Shown: positions 15,001 through 30,496 of the stretch, one piece after another
Layout of the letters: each line of letters starts with the position of its first letter
How positions within the stretch are numbered: position 1 is the first letter of the stretch
Assembly: GCA_051294375.1 (NCBI GenBank)
Contig: CM119265.1
Coordinates: 840,089-904,088, forward strand
Direction of reading: 5' to 3'
Origin: Paraspadella gotoi
Lineage: Eukaryota; Animalia; Chaetognatha
Length of the DNA: 64,000 nt
The notes under the pieces: model-generated
The model's input: only the letters and a program-made list of their open reading frames with translations
Databases searched by the model: none
What the model was told of the DNA's origin: nothing
Program-made: the position numbers and the translations under genes

Positions 15001-17793
15001 AAATGTAACTTTAAAAAAGCATCGCAGGAGAATCAACCTGACCCAAAAGCAGGAATGGGATTGAAGGATCGGACAATATCCGCAGAATCGGAATCGAGGA
15101 ATCATGATTGGTCAAAGGCAGAATCGGATCGACCAATGAGCTTGCAGAAACAAATGGAATGTAAAAATGACTCTTGCCTTCGATCCTCTTCCTTAGATAT
15201 AAATAGATCTAGCTTTTAAGTTTCAGGAGAATTGATCTGGACTCTGGATGTGTCTCACCGTCACCATTTTTTCAGAATAAATCTTATTTATTCATCAAAA
15301 ACCATGAGTTTTCTAATGTGTAGGGTGGAATTGAACCCACGCCTCCGAAGAGATAGTACTAGATTATTGTATTTATTTTACAATGTTTTTACACTTTTAA
15401 AAATTCCCCGGATTATGCTGAGAAAAAAAATGATGTGTTTATTACTTTATCACTTTACAATTTTTTTTTGCGCAAGGAAAATAAAAAAAAATTTAGAAAC
15501 GATAGGAAAGATGAAGAGAAAAATTAGGGTGAGTTGGGGAGGTTGGTTAGCTGGTTAGGAAACTTAATCCTGGGTAGGTTAAACCTAGGGGAGAGGCCTG
15601 ATTGGGCGCTACTCTGAAGGTGGCTCCTATCTAGGGATACGGGCTGACTGTTATCCCAACAGGGAGAAGAAAGTAAGTAGGGTAGTAATAATGGTAAAAA
15701 AAGGTCACATAGGACACAGCAAAATACAATTAACGTAAGAGGGATAAAGGAAAGGCAGTTCGCGCGGTCTTGGTAGCCCTTGCGCAGTGAGTGCCGAGAG
15801 AGAGGGAGCCCGATGCACTCTAGATGGAGGAGGAGATGAGAGAGGAGAGGCGATGAGAGAGAGGAGGAGGGGGACGTTGAGAGGGGGAAGAGGAAGCCCG
15901 GCGAGAGGAGAGAAGGCCTGGCGGTAGGGGGGGTATATCTTGAAAATATTACTTTTTCGCATAACAGTTTATGTTTGTACATTTTGTATTTCAAGATCAA
16001 GTCTCATCTTTCAATATCTTTTTATATAGTATTTTTTTTAAATGCTTCTTTTTGTTTTAAATTCCTATTTTTTTTTCGGCCGATAGAAGAAAAAATTTTT
16101 GGCAAACACTTCCAGTCCCTACCAAAGAGAGAAAAAAAAGAAAAAAATACTTTTCCTTTACAGGAAGGAATGCTATACGAAAGTATGGGCGTTGACTACC
16201 GTGGGGCTTTATCTAAACTTCAGCTGGAGTTAACTGCCATAAATTGGGCTACAGTGGAACGAAAAGAAAATAGACCAGACAAGTAAAATATGCCCATTAG
16301 TTTAAACCTGTATATAATCATTACATATTTAATTAAGATACAATTTCCTCGTTATATAATTTCAACTGTAAATCCATATTATTTTTCACTAATATTTTAA
16401 TAAAATTTACTATTTTGACTCCCTTCTACTTCGATGAAAATACTGTTTAAAGAACTCCATGATAAAAGAAATAAGTTGGTGTTTACAACAGGTCAAAGGG
16501 GATATTTGCACGAGAAAATCTAGCACAACCAATAACGTTAAATAATCAAAATTAATCATAAATTTTAATTATATTTATTAAAGTTCTTTACTTAACAAAA
16601 AAAGACATTTTAATATTTTGGATTAACTATTTTATTATAAAAAAGCTTAAAGATTTAGAGTTGTAACCAATTAATTTCATATATTTTAACATCTTCTAAA
16701 GATAAACTTTTATCATAAAGCATTTGAAAAAAGTTTTACAGTATGTTTACTTTTAATAAGTATCAATTGTTGTTAAATATTTTCATTGTCATTACTCATT
16801 TATTTTCTGCAAAAAATTTGTTAACATCTATCTGAAAAAATTACCATTTAAATTTTATTATTTTATTATTTATGTGATTTCTGACTTTAACAACTTATTT
16901 CACATTGTAATTTAAAGCATAACGTTACTTAGTCTGGTTGTGTTCTTGAAAATTTACTTAGAAACCATTTAGTGCGTATGGTTCGCCAGGCATGGCAGTG
17001 GGTACTGGCGTTCATCCCCGTGCCTCAACATCAGCCGCGTGCCTCTAATCTTACTCGCGACTTTCATTATATTTGCTACTTTATAACAGGCGAGGTCACA
17101 GTGGAGGGTACTGGCGACATCGCCATGGGATGGGGAAGTCGCCAACCAACTAGAACAACACCCGCGACTCATGCGTGAATCGTCGTAGACACGCTATTTG
17201 AATGAACTCCAACTTAGGTTTGTACTTGCAGACTTTTTCATTCTTCAACTTTTTAACAATAGTAAAAGGTGTTGCGTGGCTTGTCATATTATTATTTTTA
17301 AATCTACAAAAAGGTGAAATAACTTTTATTTTTTTTTTTGAGTAGTTTTAACTTCGAACTTCGATCTTTACTTTTGTTATCTCTTTCATTGTATAATGGT
17401 AATAAACATTTAATGTGTTATAGATTAGTGAAAGATACATTTTTCATTTTTGGGAATTAATTATTATAATAAAATTTTATTGATAGAATGGAACTAAAAA
17501 ATAATAATGTGCTGATATTATTATTATTAATATGGCCCATCTTATTCTTCCTTTGCTGCTCCACCAAAAGGCAAACCAGGGCAACACTCAACAGTATAGG
17601 TGAGATACAAAAAGTTTACAGATAATTTCTTTTTTGATGGATTACAAAAAGGTTATCATAAATTGGTTTCAATTTCTCTTTCATTTGTTTTAAATATTTA
17701 TAATTAATTTTCAAAAGCTGATACACTTGATAAGCAAGCAGGAGAAAATAAACAACTGGAGGATACACACAATAAAATCATGAAAAACGGACA
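12020..17793 (+). repeat. Inverted duplicate of about 25570-19535 (gene B 3' end plus gene A 5' end), noisy at the left end, ending at an N gap
   Basis: Reverse-complement matches include the kringle exon (about 16162-16282), gene A exon 1 (ATG 17488) and the MITEs; the segment ends at Ns 17794-17818. Confidence 0.85.
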
Positions 17794-17818
17794 NNNNNNN
17801 NNNNNNNNNNNNNNNNNN

Positions 17819-19840
17819 AAAAGGATATAGAATTTTCATCATCTAACCTTGGTTTCATCATGCTCAAAAAAAAGAAAACACCACGTTTTTAGAATCTATT
17901 TTTATATCATTTGTCCCTAAACACAAGCAGGACTGGCAGGTCTCCTGTAAATAAAGAGTTTGGATTCAAGTTTAACACACTGCTAATATTTTCAAGAGTA
18001 ACTTCAAGATGGTCGCTGAAATTTTGCAATACTGTGCCCATTTACAAAAAGCTGAACGAACATTGGGTATAGAAAATCAGTTATTGATGCTGGCAATTTC
18101 TGGATCTCCTTCCTTTAACTTCAACTGTTGTTTGATGAATTCTGATTTTGGTACTTTATTTGAGCTCCAGCATTTCTTTTAGATGCCTTAACGTTTTGCG
18201 TGATTCGCTTTGTGTATTTTGAAGCTTTTTGACTGTTTTATTGTATTTGGTTCCGAATACCCAAAAGCTGAATCCCCATGAGACTGTTTTTGTTTTGTAG
18301 CACTCTTTTAAAACTCCCATCATTTCCTGCAAACTCATGATTGGTGCTTGACTGGCATAATTAGAATGCCGAATTCATAAGGATTCTTTTTTAAAGTTTT
18401 CTCGATGATTTTTTAATTGACCTCCAAACTTTGCAGATTTTACAAATGTGTTCCCCATCTTAAAATAAAATTCTGATATTTAAAATGCCCAGATTTTTTA
18501 AATAGAGACTTTGGAAGTTGTAAAAATTCTGAAAAAAAATCAATAAAAAAATCTGAAGGCTTTTATTTCATCAAGTGCGACTTCAAAAAATTTTAATCTT
18601 GCTTCTAAATTGAGCAAATCATGTGTATAGCTGAGCCCCAATATTTTTTGAAGCAGAGTTTAAAATGCTTCCTGACTTTGCTTTCTAGATCCTGATTTTT
18701 TACATTACTTTTTTCCAGGAGCCCTGATCTCAGTTCCAAAACTGATGAATTGACCAGATGGCTGGTGCAACCAAGGTTTAGGCTCCTGCGTTCTGCCTCC
18801 AGCTTTTGGTCCGCTCAGTACTCCAGCTGAGCTTCCCAGCCCGCTGCTCCAACCAGAACCATCTCCCACAAGGGACTTCAATCAAACAAAACTCCCACCT
18901 CAGTGCTTTGCCTTGACTTGTGATTTTGCTCTCCGATTTGAAACATTGGATTGCTGCTGGAAGATGTTGCTGCTTTTCTTGTAATAGGTGAATGTTTTGG
19001 AAGCATCTTGAAAAGTCTTCGGTTCGATGGTATAATCATATAATATCCAAAGCATTCATCGCAACAGGAGTGCTTTATCCATGAACATCTTCTTCTTTGC
19101 AACATATTCTTCTGAATATACTGTCGCCTTTCGTGACTCTGAATGAATAATACCCTGTTCGCCTAACCCATCATCAATCCAACCCTCCCAATTAAATTAC
19201 TCTGCTTCCAGTTTTTTGACCGAGCAGTCGAGGTGAGTTCAATTAAGGCAAAATTCATGAACAAGGATCTCCTAACTTGATAGTTGCTACCCAAAGAATA
19301 CCATTCATGAGTGCAATTCCAACAGCCCACTGGCCAAGTTGATGCTGCTTGATTTTCTCGCTCTTTATTTTGTTTCTTTAATGCTATTGCTGAATAGCCT
19401 CATTTTCCAACAGAAGGTTCAAACTCATTAATTCCTCAAATCCTTGCACAGGGCTTCAAAAATCCACTTCTTTCGGCTCGCAGATAAGATTTAAGGCATC
19501 AACTGCTTCTTTGACCTCATTCTTTGAAAATAAGTTGTTCCGGTTTTTCATGATTTTATTGTGTGTATCCTCCAGTTGTTTATTTTCTCCTGCTTGCTTA
19601 TCAAGTGTATCAGCTTTTGAAAATTAATGTTATAATATTTAAAACAAATGAAAGAGAAATTGAAACCAATTTATGAAACCTTTTTGTAATCCATCAAAAA
19701 AGGAAATTATCTGTAAACTTTTTGTATCTCACCTATACTGTTGAGTGTTGCCCTGGTTTCTTTTGTGGAGCAGCAAAGGAAGATAAGATGGGCCATATTA
19801 ATAATAATAATATCAGCAAATTATTTATTTTTAGTTCCAT
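17819..19840 (-). pseudogene. Indel-riddled direct copy of gene A 5' part (probably uncorrected read sequence)
   Basis: Colinear with about 5140-7054, with very many 1-nt indels increasing toward the gap. Confidence 0.7.
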
Positions 19841-20715
19841 TCTATAATAAAATTTTATTATAATAATTAATTCCAAAAATGAAAAATGTATCTTTCACTA
19901 ATCTATAACACATTAATGTTTATTACCATTATACAATGAAGAGATAACAAAAGTAAAGATCGAAGTTCGAAGTTAAAACTACTCAAAAAAAAAATAAAAG
20001 TATTTCACCTTTTGTAGATTTAAAAATAATAATTGACAAGCCACCAACACCTTTTACCTATTGTAAAAGTTGAAGAATGAAGAAAGTCTGCAAGTACAAA
20101 ACCTAAGTTGAGAGTTCATTCAAATAGCAGAGTCTACGACGATTCACGCATGAGTCGCGAGGTGTTGTTCAGTTAGTGGCGACTTCCCATGGCGATGTCG
20201 CCAGTACCTCCACTGGCTGACCTCGCTGTTATAAAGTAGCAAATATAATGAAAGTCGCGAGTAAGATTAGAGGCACGCGGCTGATGTTGAGACGGGGATG
20301 AACGCAGTACCCCCACTGGCGACATCGCCATGGCAAAGTCGCCAACCAACTAGAACCGTTACTTCATTGAAAGTTAAAGTCAAATCCTAAAAAAAAAATA
20401 AAAAATTATTAAATGGTAATTTTTTCAGATAAGTTAACAATTTTGCATATAAAGAGAAATACAATAACAATCATTTAACAACAATTCGACTTAGGTAAAA
20501 GTCATCTGTAAAACTTTCTTTTTGATAAAAGTTTTATCTTTGAAGATGTTAATGTGACTGAATTATATTGGTTGTCCAACTCTAAATCTTAGCTTTTATA
20601 ATTAATACAGTTTGAAACTCCAAAAAATATAAAAGATCTTTTTTGTTAAGTAAAGAACTTTTAAATTAATGTAAATTATGATTCAATTTTGTTATTGTAG
20701 TTTATTGTTGTGCTT

Positions 20716-23700
20716 TCAGCCATTTTTCTCGTATGCAATATCCCCAGTTTGATCCTGTTGTATAACACCAAGGCTTTTGCTTTATCTGGTGTTTCTACAG
20801 TAGTTTTCATCGAGTCCAGGCCAAGGGACGTTCTAAAATATAAATTATATAAAATTTATTGTTGAGAAAATAAATATGGATTTACATTGAAATTTATATT
20901 AACGGAGGAAAATTGTATCTTCATTTAAATATTAGGCAGGAACAGGTTGAAAACTAGAAGTTCTCTCAAATAAAATATGGTAAAGCTACTGTTAAGAGAA
21001 ATATGCAAAATAAAAAATATTTTAAAAAATTATTTCAGTTAAAAGCGCACGGAAGCCTTTAAAAGATTATTTTATAACTATATAAAGTTAAAAATTTTTT
21101 TTTTAAATTTTTACAATTTTTTTGATAGTTTTGATAGAGCTTAAAAGTTAGATAAATGTATAATACAAAATTTTAAATTTTTTTTTTGCATTTTATTGAT
21201 AAAATTTTAAAAAAACCTTAAAATTCGCCAAATGATGATGATGAATGATGATTTTTTAACGTTTTTTTTGTTTTTAACCAATTCTTGTCAAAATTTTAAA
21301 AAATTGTCAATACTAACTTTTCATTTAACTTTTCAAGCTCATAAGAATCCGTTCTAAAAAAATTTTAAAAAAATTTTTTCATGTGATATATTAATAAATA
21401 TTTAAAAGCTCAGTTGCAACAACTCAATGAACTAATTCAAAAAGTTCATTGAAAATCGATTTAGTAATGGAAGAAAAAAGAAATTTTTTTGAGAGAATTT
21501 AAAAGTTATAAAAAGTGTTCAATTTTGGCCCGCCTTATTAAATATGTAATGATTTATATAGGTTTAAACTAATGGGCATAGTTTTACTTGTCTGGTCTAT
21601 TTTCTTTTCGTTCCACTGTAGCCCAATTATGGCAGTTAACTCCAGCTGAAGTTTTAGATAAAGCCCCACGGTAGTCAACGCCCATACTTTCGTTATAGCA
21701 TTCCTTTCCTGTAAAAGGAAAAGTATTTTTTTCTTTCTTTTTCTCTCTTTGGTAGGGACTGGAAGTGTTTGCCAAAAATTTATTTCTCTATCGGCCGAAA
21801 AAAAAATAGGGAATTTAAACAAAAAGAAGGCATTTAAAAAAAAATACTATATAAAAGATATTGAAAGATGAGACTTGATCTTTGAAATACAAAATGTACA
21901 AACATTAAACTGTTATGCGAAAAAGTAATATTTTCAAGATATACCCCCCCTACCGCCAGGCCTTCTCTCTCTCTCGCCGGGCTTCCTCTTCCCCCTCTCA
22001 ACGTCCTCCCCCTCCTCTCCTCCTCTCTTCTCATCGCCTCTCTCCTCATCCCTAGGAGTGCATCGGGCTCCCTCTCTCTCGGCACTCACTGCGCAAGGGC
22101 TACCAAGACCGCGCGAACTGCCTTTTCTCCTTTATCCCTCTTACGTTAATTGTATTTTGCTGTGTCCTATGTACCTTTTTTTTACCATTATATACCTTAC
22201 CCTACTTACTTTCTTCTCCCTGTTTGGATAACAGTCAGCCCGTATCCCTAGATAGGAGCCACCTTCAGAGTACGCGCCCAATCAGGCCTCTCCCCTAGGT
22301 TTAACCTACCCCAGGATTAAGTTTCCTAACCAGCTAACCAACCCTCCCAACTCACCCTAATTTTTTCTTCCATCTTTCCTAATCGTTTATTAAATTTTTA
22401 TTTTCCTTGCGCAAAAAAAAATTGTAAAGTGATAAAGTAATAAACACATCATTTTTTTTCTCAGCACTAATCCGGAATTTTTAAAAGTGTAAAAACATTG
22501 TAAAATAATACAATAATCTAGTACTATCTCTTCGGAGGCGTGGGTTTCAATTCCCACCACATTAAGGAAAAACTCATGGGTTTTTGGAGAATAAATAAGA
22601 TTTATTCTGAGAATAAAATGGTGACGGTGAGACACATCCAGGAGTCCAGATCAATTCTCCTGAAACTTAAGAAGCTAGATCTATTTATATCTAAGGAAGA
22701 GGATCGAAGGCAAGAGTCATTTTTACAATTCCATTGTTTCTGCAAGCTCATTGGTCGAATCCGATTCTGCCTTGACCAATCATGATTCCTCGATTCCGAT
22801 TCTGCGGATATTGTCCGACCTTCAATCCCATTCTGCTTTTGCAGGTTGATTCTCCTCCGATGCTATTTTTAAAGTTTACATTTTTTGTACACAGAATCAA
22901 TGAAGAAAGTAAGCATGGTTAATAGGGCGTAGTAAAATTTCAAAATTTAACTTTAATTAATTTTTAAAAGTGAGGAACGAACGATATTATACTAATGAAC
23001 ATTTATATAATAAAAAAATTCATAATAAATTTTACAATTTACGCAGTAGGCCATTTTTATACTAGTACTAAACCAATAAATGTTAAAATTTCAAAACAGT
23101 TTTTTTAAGATTTTGCAATTTGGATTCGTCATAAAAAGTTGATAAAAAAGAATATAACTCTTTTTGAAAAATTCTTCATTAAGTGGATCAAAAATTAGAA
23201 AAAGCTATATTTTAAGCTGAAAATTAACTTTTTATATATTAAATATAGTTTTTTTAATTTTTAACCCACTTAATGAGAGAATTTTTAAAAATGATTTATA
23301 TTTTCTTTTATCAACTTTTGACGAGGAATTCAAATCTGCAATCAAATTAAGAAAAGCCTATTTTTGAAATTTTTTCGATTTTATAAGGATAGTACTATAT
23401 ATAAATATAGCCTACTGCGAAAATTTAAAAGCATAAAATTAAAAATTTTTTTTTACAAATTAATGTTCACTGATGGTATGTTATTCATAATTGACTTTTA
23501 GAATTTTCGTATGTAACTTTCACTACGCCTTAATGGTTAATTGAGGAGAATTAAAACCGTTGGTCTATCAGATCCATCTACTGGTCCACTTCCTGTGATG
23601 GCATCAAGAAAACAAATTTCCGGAAAAAAAACATTAAGGTAACACATGATGCTGAAGCCTTTGCTTAACCTTTATCACTATGTTTTAAACCTTGAAAATG

Positions 23701-26700
23701 AGTCGCTGATGTCCCGGTCAATAATATGTGCGATTTTTTTTTCACAAAAAATATTTTACTGTGTATCATCAGATAACACTGATGTATTAGTTATAAATTA
23801 GTGTATTCTTCTCTTAGTATCGTGAACGTTTCTCGTAACTAATAAACTCTTTTCAGCATGAAAACAACACGTTTCGTTTGTTACTAAAAATGTTGGACAT
23901 TTATTAATCATAAAAAGATTCGAGAGTCTGATGGACGAGAGAGAGAACGAGCGCTTCAAACAATCCTACAGACAGACAGACGGATGGAGTTTTCACCCGA
24001 GTTTGCTGATCCGGTTTGATTCCTATTTAATTCCGATTTGATTTAGTTCCTTTTCTTGATCTGATTCCACCTTCGATGTATTGTAAAAGAATTCAAATAA
24101 TGTGACCTTTGTTTTCTCTATTTAAACTCGTTTCCACTTGGACGATTCATAACCATTCAAACGCCAAACACAAAAATTTTTACACAATCCATCTATCAAA
24201 TTAATAAATAATGGAATAGTTATGAGTAAATATAAATAAACAAATTCAAGTAAATAGACTTTTAATTTTTCCATTTAAACTCATTTTAACTGGCACAATT
24301 CCATCAAACTTTATTTCCAGCTCAATCACACACTTTCTTTACCCACACAAAAATTTTATCTCAATCCATCTATCCAATCATGAGTAATGAGTTTAATGCT
24401 TAAGGTGGAGGACAGATGGATGACGGACGGACTGACAACATTTTTTTGCATGATTTATCATAAATTGATGTTCTGACATGATCCCTTGAAAGACCAACAA
24501 GATTTGGGGGGGACCGGACGACTGAAAAAGTGGATTATAGAGTCGGAACCTGCTGATAGGCTGATCCGACTAAAAAATGGAAAAAACATTGACAAGGAAA
24601 ATCTCATAAACGAAAGAAGTTTTCAAGGATAAAGTTTTAATGAATAGACAGAAATTATTGACAAATATAGAAAAGAAGCACGATAAAGATTCTATAGTGG
24701 ACTAAAATCACCACCGTTCATCAGCGGCCATTGCTGCAGGAGGCAACTCATTTGCCTCCCAACGCAATGTCCAGGGTTCGCCTGGTGGTCGCCTCGCAGT
24801 TAAGAGAGACATGGGCGCTTAATCCAACTGTAACATAGTGGGTTACAGCCTGATCCAAAGCTCAGGGAATGCTTATAATTGAACGGTTTCTGTCACTAAC
24901 TCAAAACATAATGACTGTCTTTTCATTGGTGAGCCCGACTTCCGAACACAACAGCAACAACAACACTTTCAGGCAACATGCCTCAACCTGGCGTCGCACT
25001 TTCCGCCAACAACACATCAGGCGACATGACACAACTACCTAACATCAATTGAAGAGACACAAAAGACTTTCCCTAGGGGAGGGGGGATGTAAGGTGGGCT
25101 AAATCAACCAACCGTCATTCAGCCGGCTATTGGTGAGGAGGCAGCTATTCGCCTCCCAACCCAAATGTCGGGTTTCTAGGCCGGTGGTCGCCTGTAACAT
25201 GGTTTAAACAGCCTGATTCCAAAGCTCAGGAACTGCTTATATTGAACGGTTCTGTCACTTACTCATAACAATAATTACTGTTTCTTCAACTCAAATAATA
25301 AAGAACTCACGTATTTCTTCTGGCTGAAATATTTGAACTTCGCAAATGTTAATGATTCCTTTAGTCTTTAAAATCCTCACTCTGTCTCCCTCAGTGCCTG
25401 GGAGGCAATACACTTCAAGCAAAGGATCGAAAGATTTGTAGGAGGAAAAAGAAATTTCGTTTTGCTTGTAGCAACCATCTGAAGACAAAAGTGAGAGGTT
25501 ACATTTTATGTCAAGTTACAAATCATCACAAGACAATACTGAACTAAGTAAAACGATGACTCATTTTAAAATTATTTATTGGCAACAATTGTTCCTTTGC
25601 TCACAATGTTTTCTCAGTTGGAAGACTTGAACTTCACAAATATTGATGTAACCAACATTATCCTTTACGATTCGCACAGCATCACCAACAATTCCCTTAT
25701 CACCACAATCAATGTCAATCTGAGCCGACGATGATTTGTACATGAAACTTTCAATCTTGGATTTGCCGCAAATTTGAACCCTTCCACCATCAATGATTTC
25801 CACATGGAAGGGGAAGAGTCGCTTCCAGTGCGACACTTTGTTGTTGCGATTGTAAATTCGAACTTTTCCAACTGATAAAAAAAAATATCATTTTATTTTA
25901 AGTAAATGGTGAATAGGTTGTAATACATGTAAGCCATTTACTTTTGGTGCGTTGATCGAGTGAAACTTTTATCCAACCTTTTTCTTTCTTTGTGCAGAAG
26001 CAAGATCTGCTGTTAAAGCTGGAGCTAAAATAAATTTTGTAAATATGATTATTATGCTTACTATTTTTTTAGCATGATGGATATTGTATTTTTTTTATGT
26101 TGTTATTACTGTTCATTTTATTACCGACAACTATTCTTATTAAAGCAGTTACAGATTGGGGCAGATAGGTGTTTATTTATATATATATATATAACCAATA
26201 TGAAAATTATCCATTCATTTATTAAATAAGCTATCTTGCCCCTGACTTTGGACAGGCTTTGGTGGTTTAAGGCCTCCATCACTATAACAAGATAATGACA
26301 TAGCAGGTCCCTTCAAGCTTTCAAATAAAACTTTCTCACATTCTTGTTTATTCACTCCTAGAGAGCTTCCTATCAAAGAAGTGGTATAATATTTCAAAGA
26401 ATGTTTCAATTGTTTGAAAAGACACTGTGTGATTGTTATTTTTCAACCTTTGTTAACTAAGTCTGAAGTTATTTTAAAATTATTTAAAGTTATTTTAAAA
26501 TTTTTTGTTTTGTTTTTGAGTGAAAAGAGTCGCGAAATAGTTTAGGGAAATTTTTTCTTTTTTTCTTCATTTTATTCTTTTTTCTTCATTCTTTTGTTTA
26601 GCGATAAGACGGCGGAATTTATTTTATTCGGTTTTTTCATCAGTCGGTAGAGCTAAAAGGTTCGAGCATCAAAATTGGGCGCCACTGAAGAAGAAGACGT

Positions 26701-29636
26701 ATATCGCAACGATGATGTTTATTGAGGAAAAGTCCCTGGCCGGAATAGTATTAGAAAAAAAGGAAGTTAGTAGAACTCGAGAACCGCGGAGACTGGACTA
26801 AAAAAGGAACGGATCCTCGGGAGAGGGAGGGGAAGAGGAGGATGAGGATCGAGTAAGTATTTTGTGTAAGAAAATTAATAATAATATTATTTTTTTTTTT
26901 AAATAAAGTTAAATGATAAAAATATCTGGTAAAGATTTGATTTTGTGACATAGAGTCAGTGAAAGAAATAATCTAAACAAAAAAATAATAACATCAAAAT
27001 TACATATGAAATATTATACCACTTCATTGATAGGGAAGCCCGGAACTTTGGGAGTGAAAAAAAAGACTGTAAGAGAGTCTTGATTGAAGCTTGCAGGGAC
27101 CTGCTATGTCATTATCTTGTAAGAATGATGAAGGCCTTAAACCACCAAAGCCTTTCCAAAGTCAGCTTATTTATTAAATGAATGGATAATTTTTATATTA
27201 GTTGTACCAATTTCATATAAAATGAGCATTATAATAATATATGTCTTATTAATTAAAAAAAAATAAAGGGCCAGCTCTTTGTAAAAAATCGTAATGACAA
27301 ATAGTAATGTAATTTATCTGAAGAATCCACTCTCGGAAATTAATACCTTAACCAATCATCCATGATTGCACCAAATGGAAAAGCTTTTTATCACTATTGG
27401 TGCTTTCAGCAGGTGGACAACGTTGGAGAGATCATGCTTAATAGCTCACCTGTATTTGCCATCAGTAACCTTTTCAGGTTTGAAATTTGCGTAGCTGGAA
27501 GAGGCAGTGACCTTTCGGCCCTGTGAGATGTTTTCTCCTAAAAAAACGGAATGAGGTATATATTTTTTATGCTTAATCCAATCACACAGCTCCTTTTGTA
27601 AAATTTGCAATATTATCGTTGTCTCTTCATTAATAATTTTTACTCACCTCCACTCGAAACTTGGAGATGGAAGGGAAAAATTCTCATCCAATTGTTGAAA
27701 CTGTCGAAGCGATTCCAAATACGAATTGAACCAACTGAATAGTAAAACAAGTTTGAGCAAAGAATGTCGGATCTGCCCATGATCATTATAGGTAATTAAT
27801 TAATTAATTAATAATTAAATAATTCAAATTAATTAGGCAATTAATTAATTAATTTGATCCGAAATGTTTGTTTTTAGGTCTTTTCTTCATTAACCACGAC
27901 AAAAGCAATGACGACGATGAGAATAATGCCGATAATGATTGACTTGATTGATTGACTGATTAATTATTTATTGATTAATTAATTGATTAATTAACTGATT
28001 AATTATTTGATTAATTAATACATCTTGTATTTCTATTTACTATAAAAAGAAAAAGAAGCATAATCAATAATGAAACAGGTTTTTGTTTTTTCCATTTAAA
28101 CTATTTCGATTCAAACGCATTCCATCGAAACTTGATTTCCAGCTTAATCACACACTTTCCTACCCACATACAAAATTTTAGGTTAATCGCCCCATACACT
28201 CAATAGGTGTTAAAATAGTGAAATATATTTTTTTGTTTTTTTTTCATTTAAACTCATTTCCACTCGGACGATTCCATCGAAACGTCATATCCAGCTCAAT
28301 AACACACTTCCCTACCCACACACAAAATTTCATTCCAATCCATCCAACCAATAACGAGTAATTGGTGTTATTTGCTAAGGTGGGACAGACGGACGGACGG
28401 ACGGACATCGTTTTTTTTTTGCATAATTTATCATAATTTGATGTTCTGCATGATATAAGTGAATGCCCGACAAGATTGAGGGGGCGGATCGACGGACCGA
28501 CAAAGTGAATTATAGAGTCGGGATCTGCTGAAAGCAGATCCGACTAAAAACAAGTTTTTCACCTTTTAGAATGTTTTTAGTCCTTGTCTCAAATTTACCT
28601 TTGTATATTTTTCCAAGCTTTATTTCTATCCAACTATTTTTTTCATTTTTTGTGTGAAAACACATTCTATCGTCAAAGTATTTCCTGTCAAAGGAAAGTT
28701 AATTGTGATGAACTGAGCCGAAAATTGATCCAAACAAGATCGATTCATTCAATGTGTTGCGCTGCAGTGACTTTATTTTCACGTGTATTTCTCGTGACAT
28801 GACATGGCATGAGGTGACATGAATACATGTCTACAATAGCTTTCTTAGCCTGTATATTAGAGCGTTCAAATATAACAAAATATAAGATATTAAATTCCAT
28901 TCATAATTACTTTACTGTCATAAGGTCTGAAGAATTTGATGGTGATGACCGTTTTTTTTTTTTGTATAATTTCATCTTTCTTGTCGGAAATGACGATTTT
29001 TAATGTATATAAAATGATAATAAAATAGGGCAAACATTATAAGTGATGATAAATCAAATTATTAATTTTTTTTTAAATTTACATGAGCTTTTGAAATATA
29101 AAAATGAAGACCTATAAAAATATTTTGGTAAATTAATTTCTCAATTTTATGTTTTATTAAAAGTTAGTGAGCTATATTTATTAATAATTATGAATAAAAA
29201 TTAGGCTAAAGTTAAAAATTAATAATTTTAAAAATTTTATCCCGGATTCGCATTCCTTGCAAAAAGTTGATCTAAGAAAATATAATTTTTATTAAAAAAT
29301 TATATCATTAAGTTAGTCAAAATTTAGAAAAACTATAATTTTAAGCTAAAAATGGTAAAATTAAACAAAAATCATAGTTTTTAACATTTTTAACCAACTT
29401 TATGAAAGAATTTGTTAAAATGGATTATACTTTCTTATATCAACTTTTTGCAAGGAATTCAAATCCGGTTTTTGTGTTTTTTTCCTTTCTGTTTCGTTGT
29501 GATTTGGTTTAGAACAAAGTTTGAAGAGAGATTTAACAACGATTTTTACTTCGAAGTGAAACGGACATGTTTCGACTCACATACGAGTCTTCTCAGCGCC
29601 AATTCAATTTGTGAATTTGAAGAGAATTTTGTGCAT

Positions 29637-29674
<38 letters not shown>

Positions 29675-30316
29675 CAAAGTTTCTAAACACAGAGTTTGAG
29701 AGAAAGGATAGTGTCAGTTTTCTATTAGGGACAGGTGAAGGTGAGGACAGAGATATGGCAATGGGCAGACGATACCTCTCCTTCAACTGCAGCAACTCAT
29801 TCCCTTCCTTTGTGGACTGAGCGCCGCCCAAAGCGACGGCTGCAGAGGAAGGAGGGGAAGCCACCACTCCTGTCGGAAAGTGGCAAGAATGGACAGCGCC
29901 CACCTCGCCAGCAGGCAAGAAGAGGGCAGTCGGCAGGCGTACCAGGCCAGAGAGACATCCGAGTAGCCTTTGGTTTCTTCCCGCAAGGAAGTCTTCCCAA
30001 CTCTGCACAAGTAGGCTCCACCAACCTGTGCCTCTCAGCCAATGACACACCAATGACCCGACCTTATCAATCTAGCCTTTCATTTGTTCATAACCAAGGG
30101 GGGCCAGCTCATTTTGAGCTCTTTCTTATTACTTGAAATTTCCCTTTTCCTAATTACTATCTATCCCTCACTAACAATAAATATTTCACATTTCTGAACT
30201 TCTATTTCATTTAACTAATTTATTACTGTAGTAATTGTTGATATTATTCATTATTAAAGTTTACCAAATTTTAACATTGTTGTACATTTCATAATGTATT
30301 ATATTTTCAAGCACTG

Positions 30317-30354
<38 letters not shown>

Positions 30355-30458
30355 CATTTCAATTTCTTTTCACAAACTATCTCTGTCCTCACCTTCACCT
30401 GTCCCTAATAGAAAACTGAACACTATCCTTTCTCTAAAACTCTGTGTTGGAAACTTTG

Positions 30459-30496
<38 letters not shown>

